Source: Frankiaceae bacterium (GTDB lineage Bacteria > Actinomycetota > Actinomycetes > Mycobacteriales > SCTD01). From it: DNA of 64,000 nucleotides. Where the stretch lies: assembly GCA_016650445.1 (NCBI GenBank), contig JAENVS010000011.1, positions 74,307 to 138,306 on the forward strand, read 5' to 3'. Below, piece after piece: positions 26,657 through 35,259 of the stretch (positions are counted from its first letter, which is position 1; each line of letters opens with the position of its first letter). The notes beneath the pieces are model-generated. The model ran no database searches. It was given only the letters and a program-made list of their open reading frames with translations, and was not told the origin of the DNA. The position numbers were made by a program, and so were the translations under genes.

Positions 26657-28479
26657 TGGCTGCTGAGTTGCCAGGGCTGGCAATCGAGAAGCACTTCTAC
26701 GACGTCGTCGTCGTCGGCGCCGGCGGCGCCGGCCTGCGCGCGGCGATCGAGGCGCACGAGCAGGGCGCGCGCACGGCGATCGTCTGCAAGTCGCTGCTGG
26801 GCAAGGCGCACACCGTCATGGCCGAGGGCGGCATCGCGGCCTCGATGGGCAACGTCTACCCCGAGGACAACTGGCAGGTGCACTTCCGCGACACCATGCG
26901 CGGCGGCAAGATGCTCAACCACTGGCGGATGGCGCAGCTGCACGCGCAGGAGGCGCCCGACCGGGTCCGCGAGCTCGAGGACTGGGGCGCGCTGTTCGAC
27001 CGCACGCCGGCGGGCCTCATCTCCCAGCGCGACTTCGGTGGGCACCGCTTCGCTCGCCTGGCCCATGTCGGCGACCGCACCGGCCTGGAGCTCATCCGCA
27101 CCCTCCAGCAGCGCGCCGTACAGCTCGGCATCGACGTCTTCATGGAGTGCACCGTCACCAAGCTGCTCACCGACGACGAGCACGGCATGGTCGGCGCATT
27201 CGGCTACCGCCGCGAGTCCGGTGAGTTCATCGTCTGGCAGTCGCCCGCGGTCATCCTCGCCACCGGCGGCATCGGCAAGTCCTACAAGGTCACGTCGAAC
27301 TCGTGGGAGTACAGCGGCGACGGCCACTCGCTCGCACTGAAGGCCGGCGCGACGCTGGTCAACATGGAGTTCGTCCAGTTCCACCCGACGGGCATGGTCT
27401 GGCCGCTGTCGGTGAAGGGGCTGCTGATCACCGAGTCGGTCCGTGGCGAGGGCGGTGTCCTCAAGAACTCCGAGGGCAAGCGCTTCATGTTCGACTACAT
27501 CCCGGAGTACTTCAAAGCCGAGACGGCCGATAACGAGGCCGAGGCCGACCGCTGGTACGACGACCACAGCAACAACCGCCGGCCACCCGAGCTGCTCCCC
27601 CGCGACGAGGTCGCCCGGGCGATCAACTCCGAGGTCAAGGCCGGCCGGGGATCGCCGCACGGCGGCGTGTTCCTCGACATCGCGAGCCGGCGTACTGCTG
27701 AGGACATCAAGCGGCGACTGCCGTCGATGTACCACCAGTTCAAGGAGCTCGCCGAAGTCGACATCACCAAGGAGCCGATGGAGGTCGGTCCGACCTGCCA
27801 CTACGTCATGGGTGGCGTCGAGGTCGAGCCCGACACTGCTGCCGCGAAGATCAGGGGCTTGTACGCCGCGGGCGAGGTGGCCGGCGGCATGCACGGTTCC
27901 AACCGGCTCGGCGGCAACTCGCTGTCGGACCTGCTGGTGTTCGGTCGCCGCGCCGGTGCGTCGGCCGCCTCCCACGCCGCCGAGCAGAAGGCGACGACGC
28001 CGCGGGTCACCGACGAGGCGCTCGCCGCAGCCCGCACCGCGGCACTGGCACCGCTCGAGCGACAGGGCGGGGAGAACCCGTACACGATCCATGCCGAGCT
28101 GCAGGAGTCGATGAACGCTCTCGTCGGGATCATCCGCACCGAGAGCGAGCTGCAGCAGGCGCTCGACAAGATCGCCAGCCTGAAGCAGCGCATCCAGAAC
28201 CTCTCCGTCGAGGGCAAACGCCGCTACAACCCGGGCTGGCACCTCGCCCTCGACCTGCCCAACATGCTCACCGTCTCCGAGTGCATCGCGAAGGCCGCGC
28301 TCGAACGGCACGAGAGCCGCGGCGGCCACACGCGCGACGACCACCCGACTCCGTCGCCGGAGTGGGGGGCGCTCAACCTGATCTGCAGCGAGGCCGACGG
28401 CAGCGTGAGCCTCACGCGCCAGCCGCTCCCGCAGATGCCCGACGACCTCGCCACCCTGTTCAAGGAGACGCCCGCATGA
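26656..28479 (+). CDS. sdhA: succinate dehydrogenase/fumarate reductase flavoprotein subunit
   Basis: YDVVVVGAGGAGLRAAIEA, GKAHTVMAEGGIAA, MEFVQFHPTG, GGMHGSNRLGGNSL. 607 aa. Confidence 0.93.
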   Translation: MAAELPGLAIEKHFYDVVVVGAGGAGLRAAIEAHEQGARTAIVCKSLLGKAHTVMAEGGIAASMGNVYPEDNWQVHFRDTMRGGKMLNHWRMAQLHAQEAPDRVRELEDWGALFDRTPAGLISQRDFGGHRFARLAHVGDRTGLELIRTLQQRAVQLGIDVFMECTVTKLLTDDEHGMVGAFGYRRESGEFIVWQSPAVILATGGIGKSYKVTSNSWEYSGDGHSLALKAGATLVNMEFVQFHPTGMVWPLSVKGLLITESVRGEGGVLKNSEGKRFMFDYIPEYFKAETADNEAEADRWYDDHSNNRRPPELLPRDEVARAINSEVKAGRGSPHGGVFLDIASRRTAEDIKRRLPSMYHQFKELAEVDITKEPMEVGPTCHYVMGGVEVEPDTAAAKIRGLYAAGEVAGGMHGSNRLGGNSLSDLLVFGRRAGASAASHAAEQKATTPRVTDEALAAARTAALAPLERQGGENPYTIHAELQESMNALVGIIRTESELQQALDKIASLKQRIQNLSVEGKRRYNPGWHLALDLPNMLTVSECIAKAALERHESRGGHTRDDHPTPSPEWGALNLICSEADGSVSLTRQPLPQMPDDLATLFKETPA

Positions 28480-29231
28480 CGTACCAGGCCAAGCTGCGCG
28501 TCTGGCGGGGCGACGCCGAGGGCGGCGGCCTGCGCGACTACACCGTCGAGGTCAACGAGGGCGAGGTCGTCCTCGACATCATCCACCGGCTTCAAGCCAC
28601 GCAGGCCGGGGATCTGGCCGTGCGCTGGAACTGCAAGGCCGGCAAGTGCGGCTCGTGCAGCGCCGAGATCAACGGCCGACCGCGGCTGTTGTGCCTGACG
28701 CGCATGGGCGACTTCGACGAGAACGAGGTCGTCACGATCACGCCGATGCGCACATTCCCGGTGATCCGCGACCTCGTCACCGACGTCTCGTACAACTACG
28801 AGAAGGCGGCATCCATCCCCGGCTTCGTGCCCAGGGAGAAGGGGCCGGACGGCGTACACCGCATGCAGCAGGTCGACGTCGAGCGCTCGCAGGAGTTCCG
28901 CAAGTGCATCGAGTGCTTCCTCTGCCAGGACGTCTGCCACGTCGTGCGCGACCACGAGGACAACAAGAAGGTGTACGCCGGCCCGCGCTTCCTCATGCGC
29001 ATCGCCGAGCTCGACATGCACCCGCTCGACAACCTCGACCGCCGCAAGGTCGCCCAGGAGAACTTCGGCCTCGGCATGTGCAACATCACCAAGTGCTGCA
29101 GCGAGGTCTGCCCCGAGGGCATCCACATCACCGACAACGCGCTGATCCCGCTCAAGGAGCGCGTCGTGGACCGCAAGTACGACCCGCTGACCTGGCTCGG
29201 CGCCAAGATCGGCCGCCGCCCGCACCCCTAA
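28476..29231 (+). CDS. sdhB: succinate dehydrogenase/fumarate reductase iron-sulfur subunit
   Basis: ATGA overlap with sdhA. Cluster motifs CKAGKCGSCS, CIECFLCQDVC, CNITKCCSEVCP. Confidence 0.93.
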   Translation: MTYQAKLRVWRGDAEGGGLRDYTVEVNEGEVVLDIIHRLQATQAGDLAVRWNCKAGKCGSCSAEINGRPRLLCLTRMGDFDENEVVTITPMRTFPVIRDLVTDVSYNYEKAASIPGFVPREKGPDGVHRMQQVDVERSQEFRKCIECFLCQDVCHVVRDHEDNKKVYAGPRFLMRIAELDMHPLDNLDRRKVAQENFGLGMCNITKCCSEVCPEGIHITDNALIPLKERVVDRKYDPLTWLGAKIGRRPHP

Positions 29232-29635
29232 GCGAGGAGGCGGCGGAGCTCGGGGACGAGCGGGAGGTCGACGGGGATCCACGGGACGTCATCGAGCTCG
29301 GCCGCGGTCAGCCAGCGGTGCTCGTCGTGGTCCACGAGCGTGAGCGCGCCCGCGACGATGCGACACACGTAGACGCGCAGCACGGCGGTGTCGCCGATCG
29401 GCAGGTCCCCGCCGAGCCGCATGCCTACAGATGCCTCAATCCCGAGCTCCTCACGGAGCTCACGCACCAGCGCCTGCTCGTCGGACTCGCCCTCGTCGAC
29501 CTTTCCACCGGGGAACTCCCACAGCCCGGCCAGCGCCGGCGGCCCGGTACGCCGGCTCACGAGCACGCTGGACGGGTCGTCCCGCAGCAGGGCGGCTCCG
29601 ACGACGGCGACCAGGCGCTGCGCGGGGGACGGCAC
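29228..29635 (-). CDS. mutT: NUDIX hydrolase (MutT-like)
   Basis: ORF 29228..30250 trimmed to GTG at residue 206. Nudix box GLWEFPGGKVDEGESDEQALVRELREELG. Confidence 0.8.
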   Translation of the reverse strand: MPSPAQRLVAVVGAALLRDDPSSVLVSRRTGPPALAGLWEFPGGKVDEGESDEQALVRELREELGIEASVGMRLGGDLPIGDTAVLRVYVCRIVAGALTLVDHDEHRWLTAAELDDVPWIPVDLPLVPELRRLLA

Positions 29636-29676
29636 GCAGCGAGCCTTCCGCACGCCGGCCGGACGTGTCGACCGAC

Positions 29677-29754
29677 ATGTGGCATCTGCCGCGCCGTACG
29701 CACAGGCGGGCCATTTCCGGAATGGCCCCTCTGGGGGGTCCACTTTTGCCACAT
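29677..29754. promoter_or_regulatory. nested inverted repeats in the mutT / Zn-ribbon divergent promoter region
   Basis: Outer pair ATGTGGCA (29677-29684) / TGCCACAT (29747-29754). Inner pair GGGCCATT (29708-29715) / AATGGCCC (29721-29728). Confidence 0.4.
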
Positions 29755-29809
29755 CCGTGCCGACCTCTAGGACGTGGCAGAGCGCCGCGCACCGCGAGGG
29801 GGACCTGTC

Positions 29810-30217
29810 ATGAACGACGTGAAGCGACTGGCCCGGTGGGACGGCTGGTGCGACCCGTGCGAGATTGAGCGTCCCCTGATCCTGACCGAGACCGGCCGCG
29901 GCCTCCGCGCCTGGCTGCGCGGAACCGGTCGCGAGGACCGGCTGCTCACGCTCATCTGCGGCGTCTGCGGCGAGTGGCAGGCCGTCCCGTACGACGAGCC
30001 CGACGTGCCCGAGTCCGAGCTCCACCCGCGTGCGCCGATCGCCGCGACCCAGCCCGTGGGTGTGCACCAGATCGTGCTGTGCAGCGTCGAGTCGACCGCC
30101 TACCCCATCGAGCCGTCCACGCCCGGCCCTCGCACGCCTCCCCCGATCAGGACCGACGAGTTCACCCTGGCACTGGTCTCCGCCGGCCTGGACCTGGTCT
30201 CCGCCGGCCGCCGCTGA
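29810..30217 (+). CDS. hypothetical zinc-ribbon protein
   Basis: ATG 29810 preceded by GAGGGGGA. Two CxxC pairs (WCDPCE, ICGVCGEW). High GC3. 135 aa. Confidence 0.6.
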   Translation: MNDVKRLARWDGWCDPCEIERPLILTETGRGLRAWLRGTGREDRLLTLICGVCGEWQAVPYDEPDVPESELHPRAPIAATQPVGVHQIVLCSVESTAYPIEPSTPGPRTPPPIRTDEFTLALVSAGLDLVSAGRR

Positions 30218-30231
30218 CCTGAACTGCTGAC

Positions 30232-30281
30232 CTCGGAGGAACCGGGACAACCCGCCGGTGTGGCGACCCGGTTACTCCGAG
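30232..30281. repeat. 50-nt extended hairpin (copy 2 of the element at 13670-13719)
   Basis: Arms CTCGGAGGAACCGGG (30232-30246) and CCCGGTTACTCCGAG (30267-30281). Same 15+20+15 architecture as copy 1, with each arm 14/15 identical to it. Confidence 0.6.
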
Positions 30282-30362
30282 ATCAGGTGATCGCCGCTTA
30301 ACCGTCCACAGCCGCGTCGCGCCTGCGGTGCCGCCCGGCTGCGGTCACCTAGCGTCCTTTGC

Positions 30363-30887
30363 GTGACCCGCCCGCTCTCCCCACCTCGTGACGCGCAGCG
30401 CTCACGCGTCTACCGCGCCGAGGACGACTGGTCGGCCCGGCTCGACGCTGCCCGCCGCGGCGCGCCCTTGGCGACGGTCGCCGGCAGCTCCGTGCTGCTG
30501 CCGACCGAGCTGCGGTTCGGGGAGCTCGCCGCGGCCCGCAGCTACGCGGCGCGCGTCCTCGGACTGCCTCCGGTCGGCGCGCTGGCGGGTCCGATCGCCG
30601 CGCCCGAGCTTCGCCCCCGCCGCGGGCAGCGCGCGGCCCACTGGGAGCCGCCCGGCGTCATCGCCCTTCCGATCCCCGAGCACGGCGTGCCCTGGGCGCT
30701 GCGGGAGTGCGTCCTGCTCCACGAGCTCGCGCACCACGTCGCCGAGACCGCGGGCCTGGCCAGCGGTCACCGAGCGCCGTACCCCGCCGTTCTGCTCGTG
30801 CTCGTCGGCGCTGCGCTCGGTGACGAGGCAGCGTTCGCCCTGCGCGTTGCGTACGCCGAGCACGAGGTCGAGGTGGGGGTGCTGTGA
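30363..30887 (+). CDS. putative HExxH metallohydrolase (TIGR04338 / Rv0185-like, from memory)
   Basis: 174 aa. SRVYRAEDDW near the N-terminus. HExxH in CVLLHELAHHV. Confidence 0.65.
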   Translation: MTRPLSPPRDAQRSRVYRAEDDWSARLDAARRGAPLATVAGSSVLLPTELRFGELAAARSYAARVLGLPPVGALAGPIAAPELRPRRGQRAAHWEPPGVIALPIPEHGVPWALRECVLLHELAHHVAETAGLASGHRAPYPAVLLVLVGAALGDEAAFALRVAYAEHEVEVGVL

Positions 30888-31648
30888 GCGAGGACCGGCT
30901 GGTTGACCGCGTCGGCAAGCTCCTCGCGCAGGCCGAGGGCACCGACAACGAGCACGAGGCGGCTGCCTTTGTCGAGCGTGCGCAGCAGCTCGCGACCGAG
31001 CACGCGGTGGACCTCGAGCTGGCGCGGGCGCGACAGCGTGACCGGCAGCACCGCGGCGGCGGCGAGCCGCTCGTCCAGGAGCGTCTGGCGGTCGGCGAGC
31101 GTGGCCGTCGCGGCAACCGCCACCGCGTGCTGCTCTACACGGCCGTCGCGTTCCCGAACGACGTCATGGTCAACGTCGCCCACGACAGCAGCTACGTCCT
31201 CGGCTTCGGTCACCGCGCCGACCTCGACGTCGTCGAGCGGCTCTGGACGTCGCTCGTCGTGCAGATGGCCGCGGCCGCGCAGCGCCGCATGGACCAGGGG
31301 GAGCACCGGGCGGCTGGCATCAGCGGCCTGTCCTGGCGGCTGTCGTTCTACGACGGCTTCATCGAAGCGGTCGGCGAGCGTCTGCAGCGGGCTCGCGAGC
31401 GCGTTGTCGAGCAGGCGCGTCCGAGTGAGCAGACCGGCGAGCCGTCCGCGGCGCTCGTGCTGCGCGAGAAGAGCGAGCGGGTGAAGTCGTTCTACGAGAC
31501 CGCCTCCGACGCCCGCGGCTCATGGCGCGGCGCCGGTGCCGGCCGCACCCGGAGCAGCCGTGCTGCCCGCAGCTCCGGTCGCACCGACGGAGCCCGCGCC
31601 GACCTTGGGCAGCCTGGCCTGCGGCAGCGCGGCCAGCTCGGAGCGTGA
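30884..31648 (+). CDS. DUF2786-domain protein (Rv0184-like, from memory)
   Basis: GTGA overlap with the HExxH gene. N-terminus RVGKLLAQAEGTDNEHEAAAFVERAQQLATEH matches the DUF2786 helix pair. Arg/Gly-rich tail. Confidence 0.65.
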   Translation: MSEDRLVDRVGKLLAQAEGTDNEHEAAAFVERAQQLATEHAVDLELARARQRDRQHRGGGEPLVQERLAVGERGRRGNRHRVLLYTAVAFPNDVMVNVAHDSSYVLGFGHRADLDVVERLWTSLVVQMAAAAQRRMDQGEHRAAGISGLSWRLSFYDGFIEAVGERLQRARERVVEQARPSEQTGEPSAALVLREKSERVKSFYETASDARGSWRGAGAGRTRSSRAARSSGRTDGARADLGQPGLRQRGQLGA

Positions 31649-31780
31649 CCTGACCCGGTAGGACTGGGTCGCCAGCCAGTTCACCGAGTACGCCCTCACC
31701 CTGTCGGCGACAAAGCCCGCGGGCGACAGCACGTCGATGAGCTACGCCGGCATGGTCAACGACGATCGGCCGGTCCGCCG

Positions 31781-32470
31781 TCAGGCGGACGACACCAACG
31801 AGGCGGTCACGACGACGTTGTCCAGGTAGTGGCCGCTGCCCTTGTCGAACGGGCCGCCGCAGGTGATGAGGCGAAGCGCTGCATGGGCGGTGTTGCCGTA
31901 GACGAGCGCAGTCGGGAAGTCGGCCTTCCGGAACCGCCGTACGTCGTCGACGGCGAAGACCGCGATCGAGCCGTCGGCGCGAGCGATGCGGATCGTGTCG
32001 CGCGGTCGGAGCTCACCGAGCCGGAAGAAGACCGACGGACCGCCCTGCTTGGAGTCGATGTGGCCGACGAGGACGGCCGGTCCGATCGAGCCGGGCGTGG
32101 GTGAGTACCGGTACCAGCCGGCCTGGTCGTAGTGCGGCCCGGGTGGCGGTACCGCGACCGACCCGTCGGCGGCCTGGCCAAGGATGAGCAGGGGCGTGCT
32201 CACCTTGATCGAGGGGATGACCAGCCGGGTGGGCGCCGAGGCAGCCAGCGGGGTGGCGATGACCGTCGCAGTCGATGACGGGGCCGGCGCCGAGGCCTGC
32301 ACGGACGGAGGCGATGACGAGCTGGCCGCCGGCGCCGCTGATGCCGGCTGGACCTGGCGCTGCTGGTGCGTCGTCACGACAGCGACGCAGGCGAGCCCGG
32401 CCACAGCAAAGGCGGCGGATGTCAGCGCCCTCGAAGGGCGCCGTCGCGGGATGAGCGCCGCTACGCGCAT
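31781..32470 (-). CDS. class F sortase
   Basis: N-terminal TM anchor. PAVLVGHID (His). ALRLITCGG (Cys). 229 aa. Overlaps the upstream substrate-like gene by 10 nt. Confidence 0.85.
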   Translation of the reverse strand: MRVAALIPRRRPSRALTSAAFAVAGLACVAVVTTHQQRQVQPASAAPAASSSSPPSVQASAPAPSSTATVIATPLAASAPTRLVIPSIKVSTPLLILGQAADGSVAVPPPGPHYDQAGWYRYSPTPGSIGPAVLVGHIDSKQGGPSVFFRLGELRPRDTIRIARADGSIAVFAVDDVRRFRKADFPTALVYGNTAHAALRLITCGGPFDKGSGHYLDNVVVTASLVSSA

Positions 32471-33555
32471 CGCCGCGGGTGACGGGCAGGCGCCAGCCGA
32501 CGCCGCGGGGCGGCGAGCGCGGCGGCGAGCAGGAGCCCGCCACCGACCTGCAGCAGGAGGAGGTGCTCGACCCCGGCCGTCGATCCGCCACCTGCCTGCA
32601 CCCCACCCGTCGGGACCTGAGTGACCTGCGGCGGGCCACCCGGGCCGGTCGTCTCACCGGACACGTCAGGTCCAGGAGTCGCGCTGACCGTTGCGGTCGG
32701 CGTCGGCACGGCAACGACCGGAGCGATGGTCGAGCCGGCACTGGGCACCGCGCCGGGCGTCGGCGAACCTGTCGGCGATGCGGTCGGCGTACTCGTCGGT
32801 GATGCGCTGGGAGTGAGCGAAGGCGTAGGTGACGGCGATGCGGCCGGCGCCGTGATGTTGGTCGTGATGGTCGCCCGGCACGTCACGGTGCTGCCGCCGG
32901 GGTTGCCGGTGCCGTTGCACTGGTTGACGCGGATCGCGATGGCGGGTGCCACGTTCGACGTGCCGACGGCGCAGTCGACGGTGCCGCCGCCTCCGTTCGC
33001 CGAGCCGTTGCACTGGGTCACGGTCGCGCCGGACGTCGTTGCCGGGAACGGCGAGCAGTTGACCGTGCCACCGCCGCCACCGCCCGAGCCGACGCACTGG
33101 TTCACGGTCGCCGCCGTCACCGGGGACGCCCCTGGCGTGTCAGAGCTGATGTTGTTCGTGACGGTGACCGTGCAGGTGATCGGGTGCGCGGCGTCGTTGT
33201 CGGAGCTGTTGCACTGCGTCACGTCCGTGACGAGGTCGACGGAGCTGCTCGAGAACGTCCCGTTGCCGGACGGGCAGGGGTCGAGCGAGCACTGACGCGT
33301 CACGGTCGTCGTCGAGGACGTCGTACCGGAGCTGATCGTGTTGACCACGTCGACGGTGCAGCTCATGCCGGTGGTCGCTCCGGCCGGTCCCGGTCCGACG
33401 TTGTTGCACTGGTTGACCGCGATCACAGCCGCCTGCGCCGGCGTCGCGGACAGGCTGAGGACGCCTGTGGACAGTCCGGTGGTGAGAAGGACTGCGACCG
33501 CGAAGGGCGCCCAGATCCGACGACGGGCATGGCGTGCAGAGGTGGACGTGGGCAT
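32461..33555 (-). CDS. secreted Cys-pair-repeat protein with Pro/Thr/Ser linker and C-terminal sorting-like signal
   Basis: Signal peptide ...LSLSATPAQA. Six modules each begin with QC and contain a second Cys (NQCNN..MSC, RQCSLDPC, TQCNS..ITC, NQCVG..VNC, TQCNG..VDC, NQCNG..VTC). C-terminus QVPTGG...LLLLQVGGGLLLAAALAAPRRR. Confidence 0.8.
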   Translation of the reverse strand: MPTSTSARHARRRIWAPFAVAVLLTTGLSTGVLSLSATPAQAAVIAVNQCNNVGPGPAGATTGMSCTVDVVNTISSGTTSSTTTVTRQCSLDPCPSGNGTFSSSSVDLVTDVTQCNSSDNDAAHPITCTVTVTNNISSDTPGASPVTAATVNQCVGSGGGGGGTVNCSPFPATTSGATVTQCNGSANGGGGTVDCAVGTSNVAPAIAIRVNQCNGTGNPGGSTVTCRATITTNITAPAASPSPTPSLTPSASPTSTPTASPTGSPTPGAVPSAGSTIAPVVAVPTPTATVSATPGPDVSGETTGPGGPPQVTQVPTGGVQAGGGSTAGVEHLLLLQVGGGLLLAAALAAPRRRLAPARHPRRCA

Positions 33556-33663
33556 CGATCCGGCCGTTCGCTAGGGAACGCGTCAAGCCACAAAGGGCAA
33601 CCGGGCACGCGTCACAACAAGAACGGCAGGGAGCCGCAACCTCATTGCTACCCCGAATCCCCC

Positions 33664-35259
33664 CTAAGTCAACGCGTTCCGTCGCTTAAGAAGCAGCGCG
33701 CCGATGCCGAGGATCAGCGCCGCGATCAGGGGCCGCAATAACGCAGATCCCGTCGCCGGCAGCTCGCCAGCAGGCGGCTGCGCGGACGGTGGCGCCGCGG
33801 CAGGCGCGCCACCTGCGGCGCCAGGAACATGCGGGCGTACGACGACGCGCACCGGCGTGGTGCCGTTGGCGACAACGAGCAGGTGGCGGGCCTGGCGGGC
33901 CGAGGTCACCCGACCGCCCGTCACGACGGCGTCGTAGCCCCCTGGGTAGTGCCGCTGAGGCACGAACACGTCCGTCGGTCCCACGCCGGACTTCGGTGCG
34001 TAGGTCAGATCCATGGTCTTCGTAGCGACGTTCCACGACAGGGACTGCGGCGTCCCCGCGATCGCCTGCGGGTAGGGGCGGATCAGCACGTCCGCCTTCG
34101 GCGCCTTCAGCGTCGACAGGTCGTCGTCCTTGGCGAACATGCCCTCCGACGCGGGGTTGCCGGTCGGGTCGTTCCACACCTTGTAGGCCCAGTACATCCA
34201 GCCGATCAGCCGCTCGTCGGCGAGCGCTGTCATCCGAGCGAGGTCGTCGACGGCGTCGTGCGAGCCGTACTCGGTGAGAAGCGTCCCGCCACCCATCTCG
34301 GCGCGCTGCGTCTCGGCGTTGTCCATCACGCGCGGCTCGTTGAACTGGCAGTCGGGGTCGCCGGGGATGACGCTGCCGCCCGCGAACGCCGGCAGGCACG
34401 CGTAGTCATGCCAGGACAGCGCGACCTGCGGGTCGTCGATGTGCCCGAAGTGGCTGGTCGACACGGCGTTGAAGAAGAACTGCGGCTCGTACCAGACCAG
34501 GTTGCCGCGATCCTTCGTCCGGATCGCGGCTCGGACGTGGTCGTAGAACTCCTGCAGCTTCGCGTCGAACTGCGGGCACCCGTTCGGGTTGGCGCAGGTG
34601 AGCGCCTGGCTGCCGGCCGACGGCTCGTTGAACAGGTCGTAGCCCATGAGGTACGGCTGGTTCGCCCACCGGTCGGCGACGGCCACCCAGCCGGCGGCGT
34701 ACCGGTCCCAGAGCCCGTCGGTGTCGGCCCAGAGGTTGTCGAAGGTGCGCGCCAGGGCGGGGGTGAAGTAGTTGGCGAAGAAGCTGCCGGTGGGGACGAA
34801 GGGCACCCCGTCGTCGTGCACGGCCCACTCCGGGAACCCCTCGCCGGTGAACCGCTCGTTGTAGTCGTCCTGGTGGAAGTCGAGCAGCACGTAGATCTGC
34901 TGCGCCGCCAGCAGCTTGACGATGCGGTCGACCTTGTCGAGGTAGGCGTGGTCGATCACCCCGGGCTGCGGCATGACACCCGCGAACAGCACGCCCAGGC
35001 GCACCCCGTTGAAGCCGTTGTCGGCCAGGAAGGCGGCATCCTTCGCGGTGAAGCCCTCAGCGGTGTCGGGGGCGATGTACGGCGCGTGCTTCCAGACGGC
35101 GTTCACCCCGTGCACGACGACGGTCCGGCCCGCGGCGTCGACGAGCCACCGCCCTTCGTGCCGCAGCTGCGCAGGGGCGGGCGCGGCGGTGGCCGTGCTC
35201 ACGAGCGGTGCCGCCACGAGCGCGGCAACGACGGATGCCAGAGCGAGCCGCCGGGCCAT
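33664..35259 (-). CDS. glycoside hydrolase family 5 (endoglycoceramidase/cellulase-like) with LPATG cell-wall anchor
   Basis: Signal peptide. NGFNGVRLG, LLDFHQDDY, DLFNEP (acid/base), LLTEYG (nucleophile). C-terminus GELPATG plus hydrophobic helix plus KRRNALT. An alternative GTG start lies at 35274. Confidence 0.85.
   Translation of the reverse strand: MARRLALASVVAALVAAPLVSTATAAPAPAQLRHEGRWLVDAAGRTVVVHGVNAVWKHAPYIAPDTAEGFTAKDAAFLADNGFNGVRLGVLFAGVMPQPGVIDHAYLDKVDRIVKLLAAQQIYVLLDFHQDDYNERFTGEGFPEWAVHDDGVPFVPTGSFFANYFTPALARTFDNLWADTDGLWDRYAAGWVAVADRWANQPYLMGYDLFNEPSAGSQALTCANPNGCPQFDAKLQEFYDHVRAAIRTKDRGNLVWYEPQFFFNAVSTSHFGHIDDPQVALSWHDYACLPAFAGGSVIPGDPDCQFNEPRVMDNAETQRAEMGGGTLLTEYGSHDAVDDLARMTALADERLIGWMYWAYKVWNDPTGNPASEGMFAKDDDLSTLKAPKADVLIRPYPQAIAGTPQSLSWNVATKTMDLTYAPKSGVGPTDVFVPQRHYPGGYDAVVTGGRVTSARQARHLLVVANGTTPVRVVVRPHVPGAAGGAPAAAPPSAQPPAGELPATGSALLRPLIAALILGIGALLLKRRNALT

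Noticed and set aside
26605-28344. Long antisense ORFs opposite sdhA (579 aa), fumC (55351..57168, 605 aa), dapD (3035..4108), the sensor kinase (60851..62146) and others
   Set aside because: Same reasoning. Each lies opposite a gene with diagnostic motifs and shares its third-codon-position phase, the classic high-GC artefact.
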